Below are positions 49,901-63,050 of a DNA stretch of 64,000 nucleotides, piece by piece. Location of the stretch: NCBI GenBank assembly GCA_002269645.1, contig NIVC01000692.1, forward strand, positions 309,950-373,949. The letters run 5' to 3'. The position numbers were made by a program, and so were the translations under genes. The notes beneath the pieces were generated by a model that made no database searches, was not told the origin of the DNA, and saw only the letters and a program-made list of their open reading frames with translations. This DNA is from Macrostomum lignano (lineage: Eukaryota). Positions within the stretch are counted from its first letter, which is position 1. The number at the start of each line of letters is the position of its first letter.

Positions 49901-50570
49901 GCAGTCAAGTGGCTAGTGGTCAAAAGGCTGGCAGTCAAGTGGCTAGTGGTCAAAAGGCTGGCAGTCAAGTGGCTAGTGGTCAAAAGGCTGGCAGTTGATA
50001 GTCGTGCTCCCGTTTAATGTTTGGTATAGCTGGTCGTCTAGCTCGTTTTGCAATGTACATTGTAATGTACAGTTAGTTAAATGCCCGCATAGACAAAGCG
50101 CCCTCTTGGCCGGAAATGAGTGGTAGACTGGCAGCGATAGTCTATGGGCAGCCCCGCTGACCAGACTGGTAGGAACGCATTTCCAGCCTTTAAGCAAGCT
50201 CATTGCCGCGCTGACCACCATGGCCCGCAGTCACGACATCCTGCCCATAGTGATGGGCGCCCGGATGCAGGATTACATTGACGTTGCTCCGCTAAACAGC
50301 TTCCTGCACGTTGACAACTTCACTAGTCCCAAGCACTTGGCCGATTATCTGCACGAGCTAGACAAAGACGATAGCAAGTATAATACGTACTTTCAATGGA
50401 AAGGCACAGGGCTAGTTGATACCAACGCCTTCTTCTGGTGCCGATTGTGCATGATGGCTCACGAGGCCGAGCTTAGTAGCTTCAATTACGGCGATATTGA
50501 GCAGTGGTGGCGCAAGGACACCTGCGTTCGGGGCGCCTGGCCCGGAAGTAAACGGTCCAGGGGCGTTTAA
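46953..50570 (+). CDS. FucTA: Glycoprotein alpha-1,3-fucosyltransferase A-like (GT10), type II membrane protein, about 476 aa
   Basis: Exons 46953-47136, 47365-48113, 49093-49250, 50231-50570; phases 1,0,2; 1431 nt. N-terminal TM 'FLILAITFAVVLNL'; 'NWTATYRSDS', 'KKVAWFVSNC', alpha-1,3 motif 'YKFYLAFENSNC.NYITEKF', 'LPIVMGA', 'FQWKGTG'. Confidence 0.93.
48326..48634 (+). mobile_element. tRNA-derived CORE-type SINE in FucTA intron 2
   Basis: A box TAGTGGTTAGAG, B box GGTTCGATTCC, then CORE-like TGTGTCCTTGAGCAAGACATTTAAC...CACCCAGCTGAAAATGGGT, and an AATT-rich tail. Confidence 0.75.
49610..49997. repeat. 30-bp minisatellite (AGTCAAGTGGCTAGTGGTCAAAAGGCTGGC)n in FucTA intron 3
   Basis: Nearly perfect tandem array. 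Confidence 0.97.
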
Positions 50571-50864
50571 TTGGCCAGTCTGCGATTTCTCCGCAGTTTT
50601 TTATTTCAATATTCATTTTGTTGCCTTCTCTTAGCGATTAATAATTCCTATCAAGGTTAATTAGTACTTCATCTTATAGTCCAGTACCGTCTCTCTGGCT
50701 TTGTTGTCTATAAAAATGACCATTCCAGTGAGTTTATTTTCTTTTTCTGTATAAGATCTCTATTACAAATTAAACTTACTCATTGTCTAAGAAGTCTGAT
50801 GCGTTTTGCAAATAAGCAACTAAAAAATACCCTAATTACGATTTCATTAATTCTGATTGAGTCA

Positions 50865-51150
50865 ATGACCCTAATTCAAATGAGTCAATGACCCGAATTC
50901 CAATGAGTCAATGACCCAAATTCCAGTAAGTCAATGACCCAAATTCCAGTGAGTCAATGACCGTAGTTCCAGTGAGTCAATGACCCAAATTCAGTGAGTC
51001 ATAACCCAAATTTCATGAGTCAATGACCTAAATTCGAATGAGTCAATAACCCAAATTCCAATGAGTCAATGACCCAAATCCCGTACAAGTCATGACCCAA
51101 ATTCGAATGAGTCAATAACCCAAATTCCCATGAGTCAATGACCCAAATTC
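50865..51150. repeat. 21-bp minisatellite (GAGTCAATGACCCAAATTCCA)n
   Basis: Degenerate tandem array. Confidence 0.9.
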
Positions 51151-51604
51151 CAATTCGAGTTTTGGTCGAGTGCTTGTATTGCGCGAACCGCAGAGTGTAA
51201 AATTACTTCAGTTTTCTTTTAAAACAGCGGTTTATTGGAGCTCTCATGGCTATAACAGTGCGCTTTTATTTGGCTGTGCAAATGCAAAGCCCTTGACGAA
51301 GCACCCCAAATCTGTTTCCCTGTGAGCGCAGTGGGATTTACTAAATGTATTTTTTCCTTTGAAGATTACTCTGTTCACTTCTGATTGTAGAATTGAATTC
51401 TTTATTGAAATACTTTGCCTATAAACTTTTGTTTGATATTGATGTTTGTAATTCCTTCTGTACCTACTAAACTGGCACTTTGGCTGGTGAGTTATTCATA
51501 TCATTTCAGAAATTTGCAATTACTTACTGTGCGTTAATTAATACTGGTCTCAGGTATTCTACCTGCTTCTGAAGGTCTGGGGTAACAGCCCTAAGGGTCT
51601 GTTG

Positions 51605-52215
51605 GAAGCACCCCTGAAGGTGTGGAGGAAGCACTCCTGAAGGTGTGGGGAAAGCGCCCCTGAAGGTGTGAAGGAGGCACCCCTGAAGGTGTGGAGGAAG
51701 CACTCCTGAAGGTGTGGAGGAAGCACTCCTGAAGGTGTGGGGAAAGCGCCCCTGAAGGTGTGAAGGAGGCACCCCTGAAGGTGTGGAGAAGCACCCCTGA
51801 AGGTGTGAAGAAAGCATCCCTGAAGGTGTGGAGAAAGCGCCCCTGAAGGTGTGAAGGAGGCACCCCTGAAGGTGTGGAGAAGCACCCCTGAAGGTGTGAA
51901 GAAAGCATCCCTGAAGGTGTGGAGGAAGCACTCCTGAAGGTGTGAAGAAAGCATCCCTGAAGGTGTGGAGAAGCACCCCTGAAGGTGTGAAGAAAGCATC
52001 CCTGAAGGTGTGGAGGAAGCACTCCTGAAGGTGTGGAGGAAGCACTCCTGAAGGTGTGGGGAAAGCGCCCCTGAAGGTGTGAAGGAGGCACCCCTGAAGG
52101 TGTGGAGAAGCACCCCTGAAGGTGTGAAGAAAGCATCCCTGAAGGTGTGGAGGAAGCACCCCTGAAGGTGTGGAGAAAGCACCCGTGAAGGTGTGGAGAA
52201 AGCACCCCTGAAGGT
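51605..52215. repeat. 21-23-bp minisatellite (CCCCTGAAGGTGTGGAGGAAGCA)n
   Basis: Tandem array with several recurring variants. Confidence 0.96.
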
Positions 52216-53689
52216 GCGGTAAGGTTGCCCTATTTAACCGGGTCTTCTGTTTGTATATTTTACTTCAGCGTCACAAAAGCCACGCTTTTCTCTGCTGCTC
52301 TTGCTGTTCTCTCTGCTCATTTGAGTTCTCGTGCTGACTAACCCGCCGTTGCCAATTTGATGCTGTTTTATTTCTCTGACTGAATATTCCATGTTCTAGC
52401 TGGACTCAGATGCGCTGAGTTGCTCGTCATTCCGGCGCGTGTTATCTGCAGATTGTGTTAAATTCACGTCACTTTTTTAATTATGAAACGCTGGCGCACA
52501 CGAAACAAGCTGTTTTTATTGATTATTTATACCTTGCGTTTTTTTCTATTTTCTCTTGGCTACACAGTGCACATGGATTTCATTGAAGCCAGGAGGACTG
52601 ATAGCAATAGTAACATAATGTTAATACAATTATTTCCGTAAAGTTTATATTCCAAAAATTCTAACGTTCTGGTACTACTCGGAATAGTAGTCATTGAAAT
52701 TGGTTGGTTTTTATTTACATTTACGTGTTGGAATAAAGTGCCTCTTTCTAAGCGACAGCGACTGATTGCGCTGAACTTAATATCTGTTCTGGCCTAATGG
52801 GCATTGAGCGCATTCTTCTTTGTTTGTATTCCCTGATTTCTGTGTGCTGCAAAACTATGTTCTAATGCAATCTGAATCATTTTGGATCAGTTTGTTTTGG
52901 CGGTAATTTTGACAGCAGTAAAAAGCTTCAAATTTCGAAATTGACCTTCAAAATTTCTGCTTCAGAAAACATGTTTCATAGAAAGCATTCTACGAGCTAC
53001 ATATTTTTCTAACTTTTTCGACTAGAAATTTAAAATATTGAATCCAATGAAAAGCCGATTGGAACGAAAGAGCAGGCCGAATGGCTTGTAAATAGTATCC
53101 AGGTATAGATTGGATGAGTATTTAAGACATAGGTATTTGCGCATGTTAATGTGTACATCGAAAATGCAAGGAAAAATCTCCAAAGCAAAAGAAGGAAATT
53201 AAAAGGACTGCTGTTTCTCCTGCTGCTATTTGGCTTAATTGATTAAACCAGGGGGCAGACTCTGGCCATCGGGTCCCTCCGGCCGAAACTTCACCCTCAA
53301 TCTGGCCTGCTATCTCTTATCTCGCCTATTCTCATATCTCCTCTCCGTTCCTCTCGTGGGCTAGGTTCTTCATCTGAGGTAAAGTTTGGCGGTCCCTAGA
53401 TTAGAGAACGCAATACATGTACATGCATTTTACACCCTGCGCATCTGGGCTTCCCGGCTGCCTCGGTCCGCCGGCCTCGGTGCCAGTCGGTGCAGCCTCG
53501 CCGACGAATCATGCATGCGAGCGGCGTGAACGTCGCGCCCATTGGGCCCTTGGGTGGCCAGCCGACCTCCGTGGCCTTTTCATCCGAAGTCGTCAGCGAA
53601 ACCGGCTGCAGCGGCTTCTTGAGCTGTGACTGCCGCGTGCTTTCTAGAAAAGCGAGGTTTTAGCAGAAATTGTGCTTCTTTAACCCTAC

Positions 53690-54010
53690 ATTTCATAACA
53701 CGTATACTAGGAGGTATTTGGGAAAGGAACCAGAATTTGTGGAGGAAATCGACCATCAAGCGGAGAAAGCTCAACTATTACGGACATCAGACGAGGAAGG
53801 GAGCCATGGCAAATGTCTGAATTCAAGGAGAAATTGAAGGTGAAAGAAGACCGAAAAGGCAGTGGGAACATAACCTGAAACCATAATTGACCGGATGGAC
53901 AATGGAGAGGCTAAGAAGAGTAGCGAAGGACAGGCAGTTGTGGAGGAAAGCTGGTGCATGAACAGGTTTGCCCATGGCCATGTCGGCTGCGGTAAATAAG
54001 AAAGAAGACA
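53690..54010 (+). mobile_element. RTE-clade LINE 3' remnant
   Basis: Translates (with stops) IKRRKLNYYGHQTRKG..IQGEIEGERRPKRQWEHNLK..LTGWTMERLRRVAKDRQLWRK, the typical RTE ORF C-terminus. Confidence 0.75.
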
Positions 54011-54094
54011 TGATTATCCAGTTATTTTTGCGAACCCTAAACTAAATATCCCAATTAAAGCCCTAAATATCAAACTCCCTGAACTCCAACAGCC

Positions 54095-54175
54095 TACACT
54101 ATCTACTCCACCCTACTCTATCTACTCCACCCTACACTATCTATTCCACCCTACACTATCTACTCCACCCTACCC
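54095..54175. repeat. Short 20-bp tandem (CCTACACTATCTACTCCACC)
   Basis: About four copies. Confidence 0.85.
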
Positions 54176-56530
54176 TGAGATGGATAAACAACTGCTTCGT
54201 CAAAGCGCGTCCGCCCGGGCCTCAAGTCAAGTCTTGCAGAGCCCGGTGGAGGCCTCGTCCGCTTGATCATCCAGCTCGTCAAGCCGGCTCTGCGTGCGTC
54301 CGTCAGATCTCTGAGTTTGCCAAGTTGGCCAGCCTATAGCCGGACAGCTGGACGGATAAGTCTGGCCAAAGATCTGCGGATCAATTCGAGATTGACGCTA
54401 CTGTTAGTATGTGATTCAAATTTCAACTACTTGTATGGACTTTGACTTGGCCATGCCGTCAGGTTTTGCTCCGCGTTAAGCCCAACCAGCTCAGCGAGGC
54501 GATTACGGCACGGGTGAACGCTGGATCTGGAGCAGGGTACTGGCGGGGAAATGAGATGGCGGCTGATGTTACGACAGACAGAGCTAGACAGATACAAAAA
54601 TTATAAAGTACTGTAAATGTACTGTACATTTATCATGTGAGCCAGTGTTACCTCTTTCCGACAAAAGTGTGATTATGCTACTATCTCGCTTTGAATTTTT
54701 TCCGTGTTTAGGGAAATTGTGCTCACCGAATCCAAATAGGTAAGAACGAGCACCTGCAACTGCTCATCAGATAGTTATAGTATTTACATAATCTCTTTGT
54801 AGTAAACATTTGCTTTGAATACGAGCTCTATGCATCAAAAGAACCGCAAAGCAAATTCAACATCGACTTCAGTTGAGAATATTGCTTTCGAGATTGCATG
54901 AGTGCGAAAAAATAAATGGTTTAAAAACAGCTCAGCAGAAGTGCGCTAATTCTACTAATTTGCTTCTTCTCTCCTCACTATAGCAAACATGGGATCAGAG
55001 CTCGTCATGATCATCTATTTTTAAAGAAATTCAAACAGCTTAGAAGTTAAATAATCGAGCGAATGAAAATCTAAAATTAAAACAGCATGGCTGCGACTGA
55101 GTATACGGAACTGCGTCACGGAAATGCGTCATGCAGCTCCAACAGCGGCGCGGCTGGGGTGAGGCTTTTGAGCAAGCAAGAATCAAAGAATTCATTTAAT
55201 TGAGCTGCTTTGACACTAGCAGAAGAAATAGCTGCTCCAAGAGAGAGAGAGAGAGAGAGCTAGATGGAAAGGTCAAGAATATGGGCAAAGGAACAGAACA
55301 GTTCGGGAGTTTTTCGTGTAAGCAAAAACATCATGAAGTAGAGAGGGTTGTCTCGGGGTTGTCTCTAGGTTGAAGTTGGTAGGTCTTAAGTCTAGAGCCT
55401 CTTCTTCTCGGAAGCCTTCTTATTAGCTCTTATTAGCGTCGGTAGTGCTGCCACCAGTCCGTCGGGTCTCCACCTTCGGTGAGGTGAGTCTGGGACGAAA
55501 TTTACACTCGTAAGAGTGTAACTAAGACGAACGAACTCAGCACAACGTGCAGATTTGCAGCTTAACGTACAAGGCGTCTCGTCTGCAGGTCTTTCCGGGC
55601 TTGGTGGGTGGAATGGAGGGCTGTGTTAGCCTCTCGCAGGCTTGGGGTGTCTTCAGATGGGTCTCAGTCAGACCAATAGCAATGAGTTGAACGTACGCAG
55701 ACACAAAGCACTTAGAGAACACTGCAAACGGAAATTAGAAGCCTCCTTGACTGAACCAAGGATTAGGGGGGGGGGTCTAGTTGTCTAGTTTCATAGCGCG
55801 GGATTCTCCACTGCCTCGTGACTTTGTTCTATTTTTTAGAACTGACGTCACTGGGGGTCTCCGGGCAGAGTGCAATAGGCTGTGACTCAGTGTCTATTTT
55901 TAGAAACATGAGTCACTTCTCTCCTTAGAGAAGGGAAGGGCCTTAGGCACGTGATTCTCCCGTAAACACAGACCAGCGAGTGCAGTAAACATGTTTACTG
56001 CAGTTTTAGGACTTCAAGAAAACAAGGCCTGTCATGTGACTTGCTCAAGCAGGGGAAACAGGGGAAACAGGCCATCAGCGTGACCTCAAGACTGGAGCGA
56101 AACAAGGACAGTCCACAGCAGAGAAGCATATGGCTGAGAACAGGAGGGCAGGAAACCGGGCAGAGAACAGACAGAAAACGGGAAAGGCGGACAGCAAACA
56201 GGCAGACAAAAGGAAGGCGGGAAGCTGAACAGCGGTAGACAGCACCAGGGCGAGGGCGAGGGCGAGGGAAACTGCTGACCAAGTGCGACGCCTAACACCA
56301 AACTAGTGGCTCACTACAATCACAAAGCTGGCTTGAAGAGCAAACTATTGATTGATTTGTATCAGTTGATTGAACAAAGAGCATCTAGAGGTGAGGCAAG
56401 TGTAGCTCGGCCCGCAAGCTGACACAAAAGCATCCGTTCGGAAAAAGCGGCTTAGAAAATACACTGTACGCTCATGCGTATAAGCTAAAAATGGTCTGTA
56501 AAAGTTTTAGCTCGTAAAGCTGAGATATTA

Positions 56531-57612
56531 GGCCGTATGCATAAAACGAGCAAATACTCAAGAGCTTCAGCTTAAACTCCGAGTTATGAGCAAATGCTTG
56601 AACACGAGCCGAGACTCTAAGGTTTGTATGAATAAAGAATATACCCAAACTCAGCGGCTAGTGTTGGTGAGTATGAGCTCGCGTAGTTTATGACATAGAA
56701 ATATTTGTTTGCCAATGCGAAGCCGAGGTCAATAAGTAAGGAATGAATGCATTTTTTTCTTCTCTCGGCAAGGATCAGTGTTTTCATTTCTGCTGACTAA
56801 CATTTCTGATGGCTACACAGGACGAAGGCGATGAAGAAGTTTCGTGACAATTGTGTTTCCCGTTTCCATTGCCTACTGGACAAGGGCAAGGCGCCGAACG
56901 CTGTCAAAAAAAGAATAACTGCTCTCTGCAAGATGCAAGAAGAAATGGGGCTGCATGGCATTAAACTTAATGGAAAGCAGATAATGAAGAACATTAAGTC
57001 TAGGCTGAAAGGGAAGACGGATCTGAAAAAAAACAGGAAACAAGATCGTACTAAAAATGGGATGCTGCGATTTCTTCAGAGCGAAGACAATCCTACATTT
57101 AACAGGATTCCTGGTGTGTGAGATCAAGCCATCGACTGAGGCCGATCATCTGGACTCGGACTCTCCACCGTGCGGTTCCGGAAACGCCAATTCTTCACGT
57201 TCAAGCGGAAGTCAATGCTCGCAGCTCACACCATCGACTGTAAAGAAGCTGCAAGCGAAACGCCGAATGGATGAGACAAAGGAGACCGCGGATCTAAGCA
57301 ACGCCGAACTACAGCGTCTCTTGCTTCTAGAGAAATTTACTTGAAGTAAATTCTTCAGGAGCAAACACCGACTCCTGATGGAAGGCCTGATCGGATTACA
57401 GGGGGATCAGAGAGCCTGCAGTAACTCAAGTCTCTGTTAAAGGTTTCTTAACAATTTTGCTTTTGTTTTGCATTAAACTTCAAGTTTTAATGAACATTAA
57501 CTAACCGAAACGGTTGTCATTACATTTCTTTGCATTCATTAGCCAGCATCGCGGAAGTAACATTTTGCATAGTACATACACAGGTTAGTGCAGACGGTTA
57601 TTCACTACGGCC
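56531..57612 (+). mobile_element. Harbinger-like relic with Myb/SANT-type accessory ORF
   Basis: Left TTA|GGCCGTATGCATAA; right TTATTCACTACGGCC|TCA. ORF pieces 56831-57344: 'KKRITALCKMQEEM..GKQIMKNIKSRLK' and 'DLSNAELQRLLLLE', resembling Myb/SANT proteins of Harbinger elements. No transposase seen. Confidence 0.45.
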
Positions 57613-58042
57613 TCATGTGACTGTCACGTTGGGAAATCATTTATATCTTTTTTGGGGAACTACAGGCTTCTACTAATGTGCTCAAAGTCTCAAAGTTTGC
57701 GCAGAAAATGGTGCGTACAATTTGCGGAAATGAACTGCGCGCGGGCGCTCAATTCGACGAAGAGGATTCGCGCTCCGCTGCATTCTCCAAATCGAGGTAT
57801 AGCGCGCCTTGCTGAACAGAATCCTTTGAGGAAATGCCAGTTCAAATTGAGCTGGACAGAATAGCCCCGGTGAATGCTAAATAGGCGTGCCAGGTGTCTC
57901 AGAGCGTGTCAGTGCGTCACGCATTTTTTATGCACTCGCTCAGGCGCTTTACTACGATTGAAAATGCGGAAATTACGGCCTGTACAGTAATTACATGTAG
58001 ATCGCGCAGCCAAGACTCTGACCAGCAGCAGCACGCAGTCTT

Positions 58043-58262
<220 letters not shown>

Positions 58263-58866
58263 GACAGACTGCATAAAAGCAAAAAGAGTTTCGGACGCGT
58301 CACTGCAGCAGCAGCTCTACTGAACAAAATATCCACGTTAGCTCCGATTGAAATGTGTGGCGGAAAGTCTGGTATATTATTATATAAGCTCGGACTGGTT
58401 CGCTCGCACACAGCTGAAACTGCCGGCTCCCGTCACAGCTTTGCATGCCTGGCAGGTTTGAACTGCGCGATACAGACAAAATTTAAAGGAAAAAACTTTA
58501 TTAAGAGGAAAAAGCATTAATCTGCTCGGAACAGCGCGGACAGAAGCTTGGCAACAAAGATTAAAATTTAGCAGAACAATTAGAGAATACATTAGCAGCT
58601 ACAAAAAAATGTCTAATGGGCAAGATCGACTCCCAGGGCCAGGGGTGGGGGGCGATTCACAGCGCACAATCCCAACAAACAGTCAAAAATGACAACGTTT
58701 TCAAGTTTTGCCGACAGAAATGGGATTCCGGATATACCCGGCCTGCCACCCGCGGCCGCTACCAGCCTATCTGTTTGCTTGTCCCGGAAATCAGGTGGCA
58801 CAGTGCAATTGTCCAAAACCCCTGCCTGTTGAGGGAGCTGAGAAAACTGAGGGATTCTGTTCTGCA

Positions 58867-60825
58867 TCAGGATTCGCCCGCCTCCTCCGAGCCAGAAGCT
58901 GCTGATGGAGAGAGCGATTGCTGCTGCTGCGATTGCTGCTGCTGCGGGTGCTGAGGCTGCTCGTGCTCATATAACGGTGTGGGTGGCGGCGGCGGGGGTG
59001 TGGGCGACTCCGCAACCCCTGAATGACGCATCGGCCACTGCGCCAGATGGTGCGACACCGAGTAGCTGCCACCGCCAGATGCTCCAGCAGCTACCGGGAC
59101 GGCGGCAGTAGCGGCGACTGTGGAAGCAGCGACTGTGGCGGTGGCGGCAGCCGTGGCGGCTGCAGCTGTTGCCCCCGCGGCAGCGGCAGTTGACATGGCG
59201 TAGCAACTGCTATGCAGGCGGTGGTACTCCATCAGCTGATCCCTGAGAAGCTGGTTCTCCACCTGGTCAGTTGGATGATTTGGTTGGTGTATTAAAAGCT
59301 TTGCTAAGCGGGCTTAGACACCTAGAGATCGTCCATTGAATCGGTCTCTGCAAAGCCACTTACTGAATGTAAACTAATACCAGAAGAGGGCTGCCAGGGG
59401 ATAGGGGTGTTGGGGGACAGGGGTGCCAGAACAGTGCTGAGGGGACAGGGGTGCCAGAACAGTGCTGAGGGGACAGGGGTGCCAGGGGACAGTGCTGAGG
59501 GGACAGGGGTGCTGGGGGACAGTGCTGAGGGGACAGGGGTGCTGGGGGACAGGGGTGCCAGAACAGTGCTGAGGGGACAGGGGTGCCAGGGGACAGGGGT
59601 GCCAGGGAACAGTGCTGAGGGGACAGGGGTGCTGGGGACAAGAATGCTGGCGATAGGGGTGTTGGGGGACAGGAGTGCCAGAACAGTGCTGAGGGGACAG
59701 GGGTGCCAGAATAGTGCTGAGGGGACAGGGGTGCCAGAACAGTGCTGAGGGGACAGGGGTGCCAGGGGACAGTGCTGAGGGGACAGGGGTGCCAGAACAG
59801 TGCTGAGGGGACAGGGGTGCCAGGGGACAGTGCTGAGGGGACAGGGGTGCTGGGGGACAGGGGTGCCAGAACAGTGCTGAGGGGACAGGGGTGCTGGGGG
59901 ACAGGGGTGCCAGAACAGTGCTGAGGGGACAGGGGTGCCAGGGGACAGGGGTGCCAGGGAACAGTGCTGAGGGGACAGGGGTGCCAGGGGACAGTGCTGA
60001 GGGGACAGGGGTGCTGGGGGACAGGGGTACCAGAACAGTGCTGAGGGGACAGGGGTGCCAGGGGACAGGGGTGCCAGGGAACAGTGCTGAGGGGACAGGG
60101 GTGCTGGGGACAAGAATGCTGGCGATAGTGGTGTTGGGGGACAGGGGCTAGGGGATAAGGGTATTAAGGATAGGGGTTACTGGGGGATAAGGGTGTTAAG
60201 GACAGGGGTGCTGGGGACAGGAGTGCTGGGGACAGGAGTGCTGGGGACAGGAGTGCTGGGGACAGGAGTGCTGGGGATAGGGGTGTTGAGGACAGGGGTG
60301 TTAAGGGACAGGAGTGCTGGGGGACAGGGGTGCTCGGGGACGAGGGTCAGGAGTTGCCTATGGACTGATGCAATGGCTGGGGTACCTTGGCCGCAAGAAT
60401 GAGCGCACAATTTGAATCAGCTTGAATCTGAGCTCGCAAAATTTCTGCACTGTCTGTCAAGGTCACAGAATCTCCGACGCTAACAAATAGTTTCGGCCTT
60501 CATTGGACTGCCCACCGACAGTCATTAATTTCTGATCGCCGAATTTCTGAGGATTAGGAAAATTCTAGAAAACAGTCATCCCATCAAAAGACCCAGCTGG
60601 AGCAGCTGCAAAAGTAAGATTTCTGTTCAAGAAAGATTCGCTTAATGCTTGCCAAAAAGACGCAAAAGGCATCTCTTGCAGAGTGAAAAAATATTTCTTT
60701 TCTCTCACCTCTGCTCTGTCGGCGTCAAAGACAATCCGCCCTCGACCGCTGAGGCTGTTGCTGTCCATGTAGCCCTGCCACTGCACGCAGACTCCGTTTA
60801 GGATGAAGCGCGACTTCAGGCGTAT
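58867..60825 (-). CDS. CBFB: Core-binding factor beta (Brother/Big brother family), 3' exons only
   Basis: Exon 60825-60709 (117 nt, phase 0/0) encodes IRLKSRFILNGVCVQWQGYMDSNSLSGRGRIVFDADRAE versus human VYLKAPMILNGVCVIWKGWIDLQRLDGMGCLEFDEERAQ. Terminal exon 59262-58867 (VENQLLRDQL...EAGES*). 5' exons not found in the window. Confidence 0.88.
59390..60330. repeat. GC-rich composite minisatellite (GGGGACAGGGGTGCCAGAACAGTGCTGA)n in last CBFB intron
   Basis: Tandem array of 13-29-bp subunits. Confidence 0.95.
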
Positions 60826-61484
60826 CTGTGGATAAATTGGAAAGATTTTAAGCGAATCTATAGATCAAGCGAAGCTAGCACTGAATTCTAATCTCGACCG
60901 AATTTGTCTATGGTGATAAAAAAGCAAACTGTTGCAGAATCTGTTTAAACAGCACAACTGTATTTTGAGCCTAGCCGCTCACCTCCAAGTGAGTAATACT
61001 TTCTGCTAACTTTTCCTCTGTTAAAAGAAGCCTCCAGCAAAATCCACACGATGCAACATCTTTTGCTCCACATACATGCACAGACTATTCATCTGTTTGT
61101 TAACAGATTTAAAAAACAGCTAGAAAATAGCAGAAAATGAGTTTCTCAATTAGCCATCGCAGGTTGCAATGACAAGGTAACTGGGCTAATTGGCCAGTCC
61201 AATTGGGCCTTTTAACTGCAACAAAATAAATTCTGGCTTTGGCACAAAGGAATCGGTGGAAATTCGTTTTCTTCTTCCCTAGGCCGGTAAAAAGCCCCGC
61301 TTGAAATTATTTCCTATTCGGCAGCTGCGCTAACAGCTGCTACTAGTCTAGCAGCAGTTACTGACTGTTTGTTCTCAGACTCTTGAGCTAAATTTAGGAT
61401 TCGTGGATAGGTTTTGATAATTTTTCCCGTGCTCAAACGCTACAGATGCATCAGGCTGAAAATGCTAACCCAGTAAAAAATATC

Positions 61485-63050
61485 GGCACACCAACGTCCA
61501 ATTCGGCACCCCAATGTCCAATTCGCCACACCAATGTCCAATTCGCCACACCAATGTCCAATTCGCCACACAAATGTGCAATTCGCCACACCAATGTCCA
61601 ATTGGGCACACCAATGACCAATTCGCCACACCAACGTCCAATTCGCCATACCAATGACCAATTCGCCACACCAATGTCCAATTGGGCACACCAATGTCCA
61701 ATTCGCCACACCAACGTCCAATTCGCCACACCAATGTCCAATTGGGCACACCAATGTCCAATTGGGCACACCAATGTCCAATTCGCCACACCAACGTCCA
61801 ATTCGCCACACCAACGTCCAATTCGCCACACCAATGACCAATTGGGCACACCAATGTCCAATTCGCCACACCAATGACCAATTCGCCACACCAATGACCA
61901 ATTCGCCACACCAATGACCAATTGGGCACACCAATGACCAATTCGCCACACCAACGTCCAATTCGCCACACCAATGACCAATTCGCCACACCAATGACCA
62001 ATTCGCCACACCAATGACCAATTGGGCACACCAATGACCAATTCGCCACACCAACGTCCAATTCGCCACACCAATGACCAATTCGCCATACCAATGACCA
62101 ATTCGCCACACCAATGACCAATTCACCACACCAATGTCTAATTCGAAACATCAAATGTCCAATTCGCCACACCAATGTCTAATTCGAAACCCCAATGACC
62201 AATTCGCCACACCAACGTCGAATTCGGCACCCCAATGTCCAATTCGAAACCGCAATGTCCAATTTGCCACCCCAATGTCCAATTCGCCACACCAACGTCC
62301 AATTCGGCACCCCAATGTCCAATTCGCCACACCAATGTCCAATTCGCCACACCAATGTCCAATTCGCCACACAAATGTGCAATTCGCCACACCAATGTCC
62401 AATTGGGCACACCAATGTCCAATTCGCCACACCAACGTCCAATTCGCCACACCAACGTCCAATTCGCCACACCAATGACCAATTCGCCATACCAATGACC
62501 AATTCGCCACACCAATGACCAATTGGGCACACCAATGACCAATTCGCCACACCAACGTCCAATTCGCCACACCAATGACCAATTCGCCACACCAATGACC
62601 AATTCGCCACACCAATGACCAATTGGGCACACCAATGACCAATTCGCCACACCAACGTCCAATTCGCCACACCAATGACCAATTCGCCATACCAATGACC
62701 AATTCGCCACACCAATGACCAATTCACCACACCAATGTCTAATTCGAAACCCCAATGTCCAATTCGCCACACCAATGTCTAATTCGAAACCCCAATGACC
62801 AATTCGCCACACCAACGTCGAATTCGGCACCCCAATGTCCAATTCGAAACCGCAATGTCCAATTTGCCACCCCAATGTCCAATTCGCCACACCAATGTCC
62901 AATTTGGCACCCCAATGTCCAATTCGAAACCCCAATGTCCAATTTGCCACCCCAATGTCCAATTCGGCACCCCAATGTCCAATTCGAAACCCCAATGTCC
63001 AATTCGGCACCTACACCCCAATCCCAATGTCCAATTTGACGACACCCCAG
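61485..63050. repeat. 20-bp minisatellite (CCAATTCGCCACACCAATGT)n with higher-order structure
   Basis: Tandem array; diagnostic variants recur at offsets of about 800 and 600 bp. Confidence 0.97.

Noticed and set aside
54180-54560. GC-rich block that looks coding
   Set aside because: All six frames are interrupted within about 60 codons and no motif was recognised.
55537-55722. Possible LINE apurinic endonuclease fragment (IGLTETHL...ALYVK)
   Set aside because: Only two short motifs, with atypical spacing and no adjacent RT; insufficient without a profile search.
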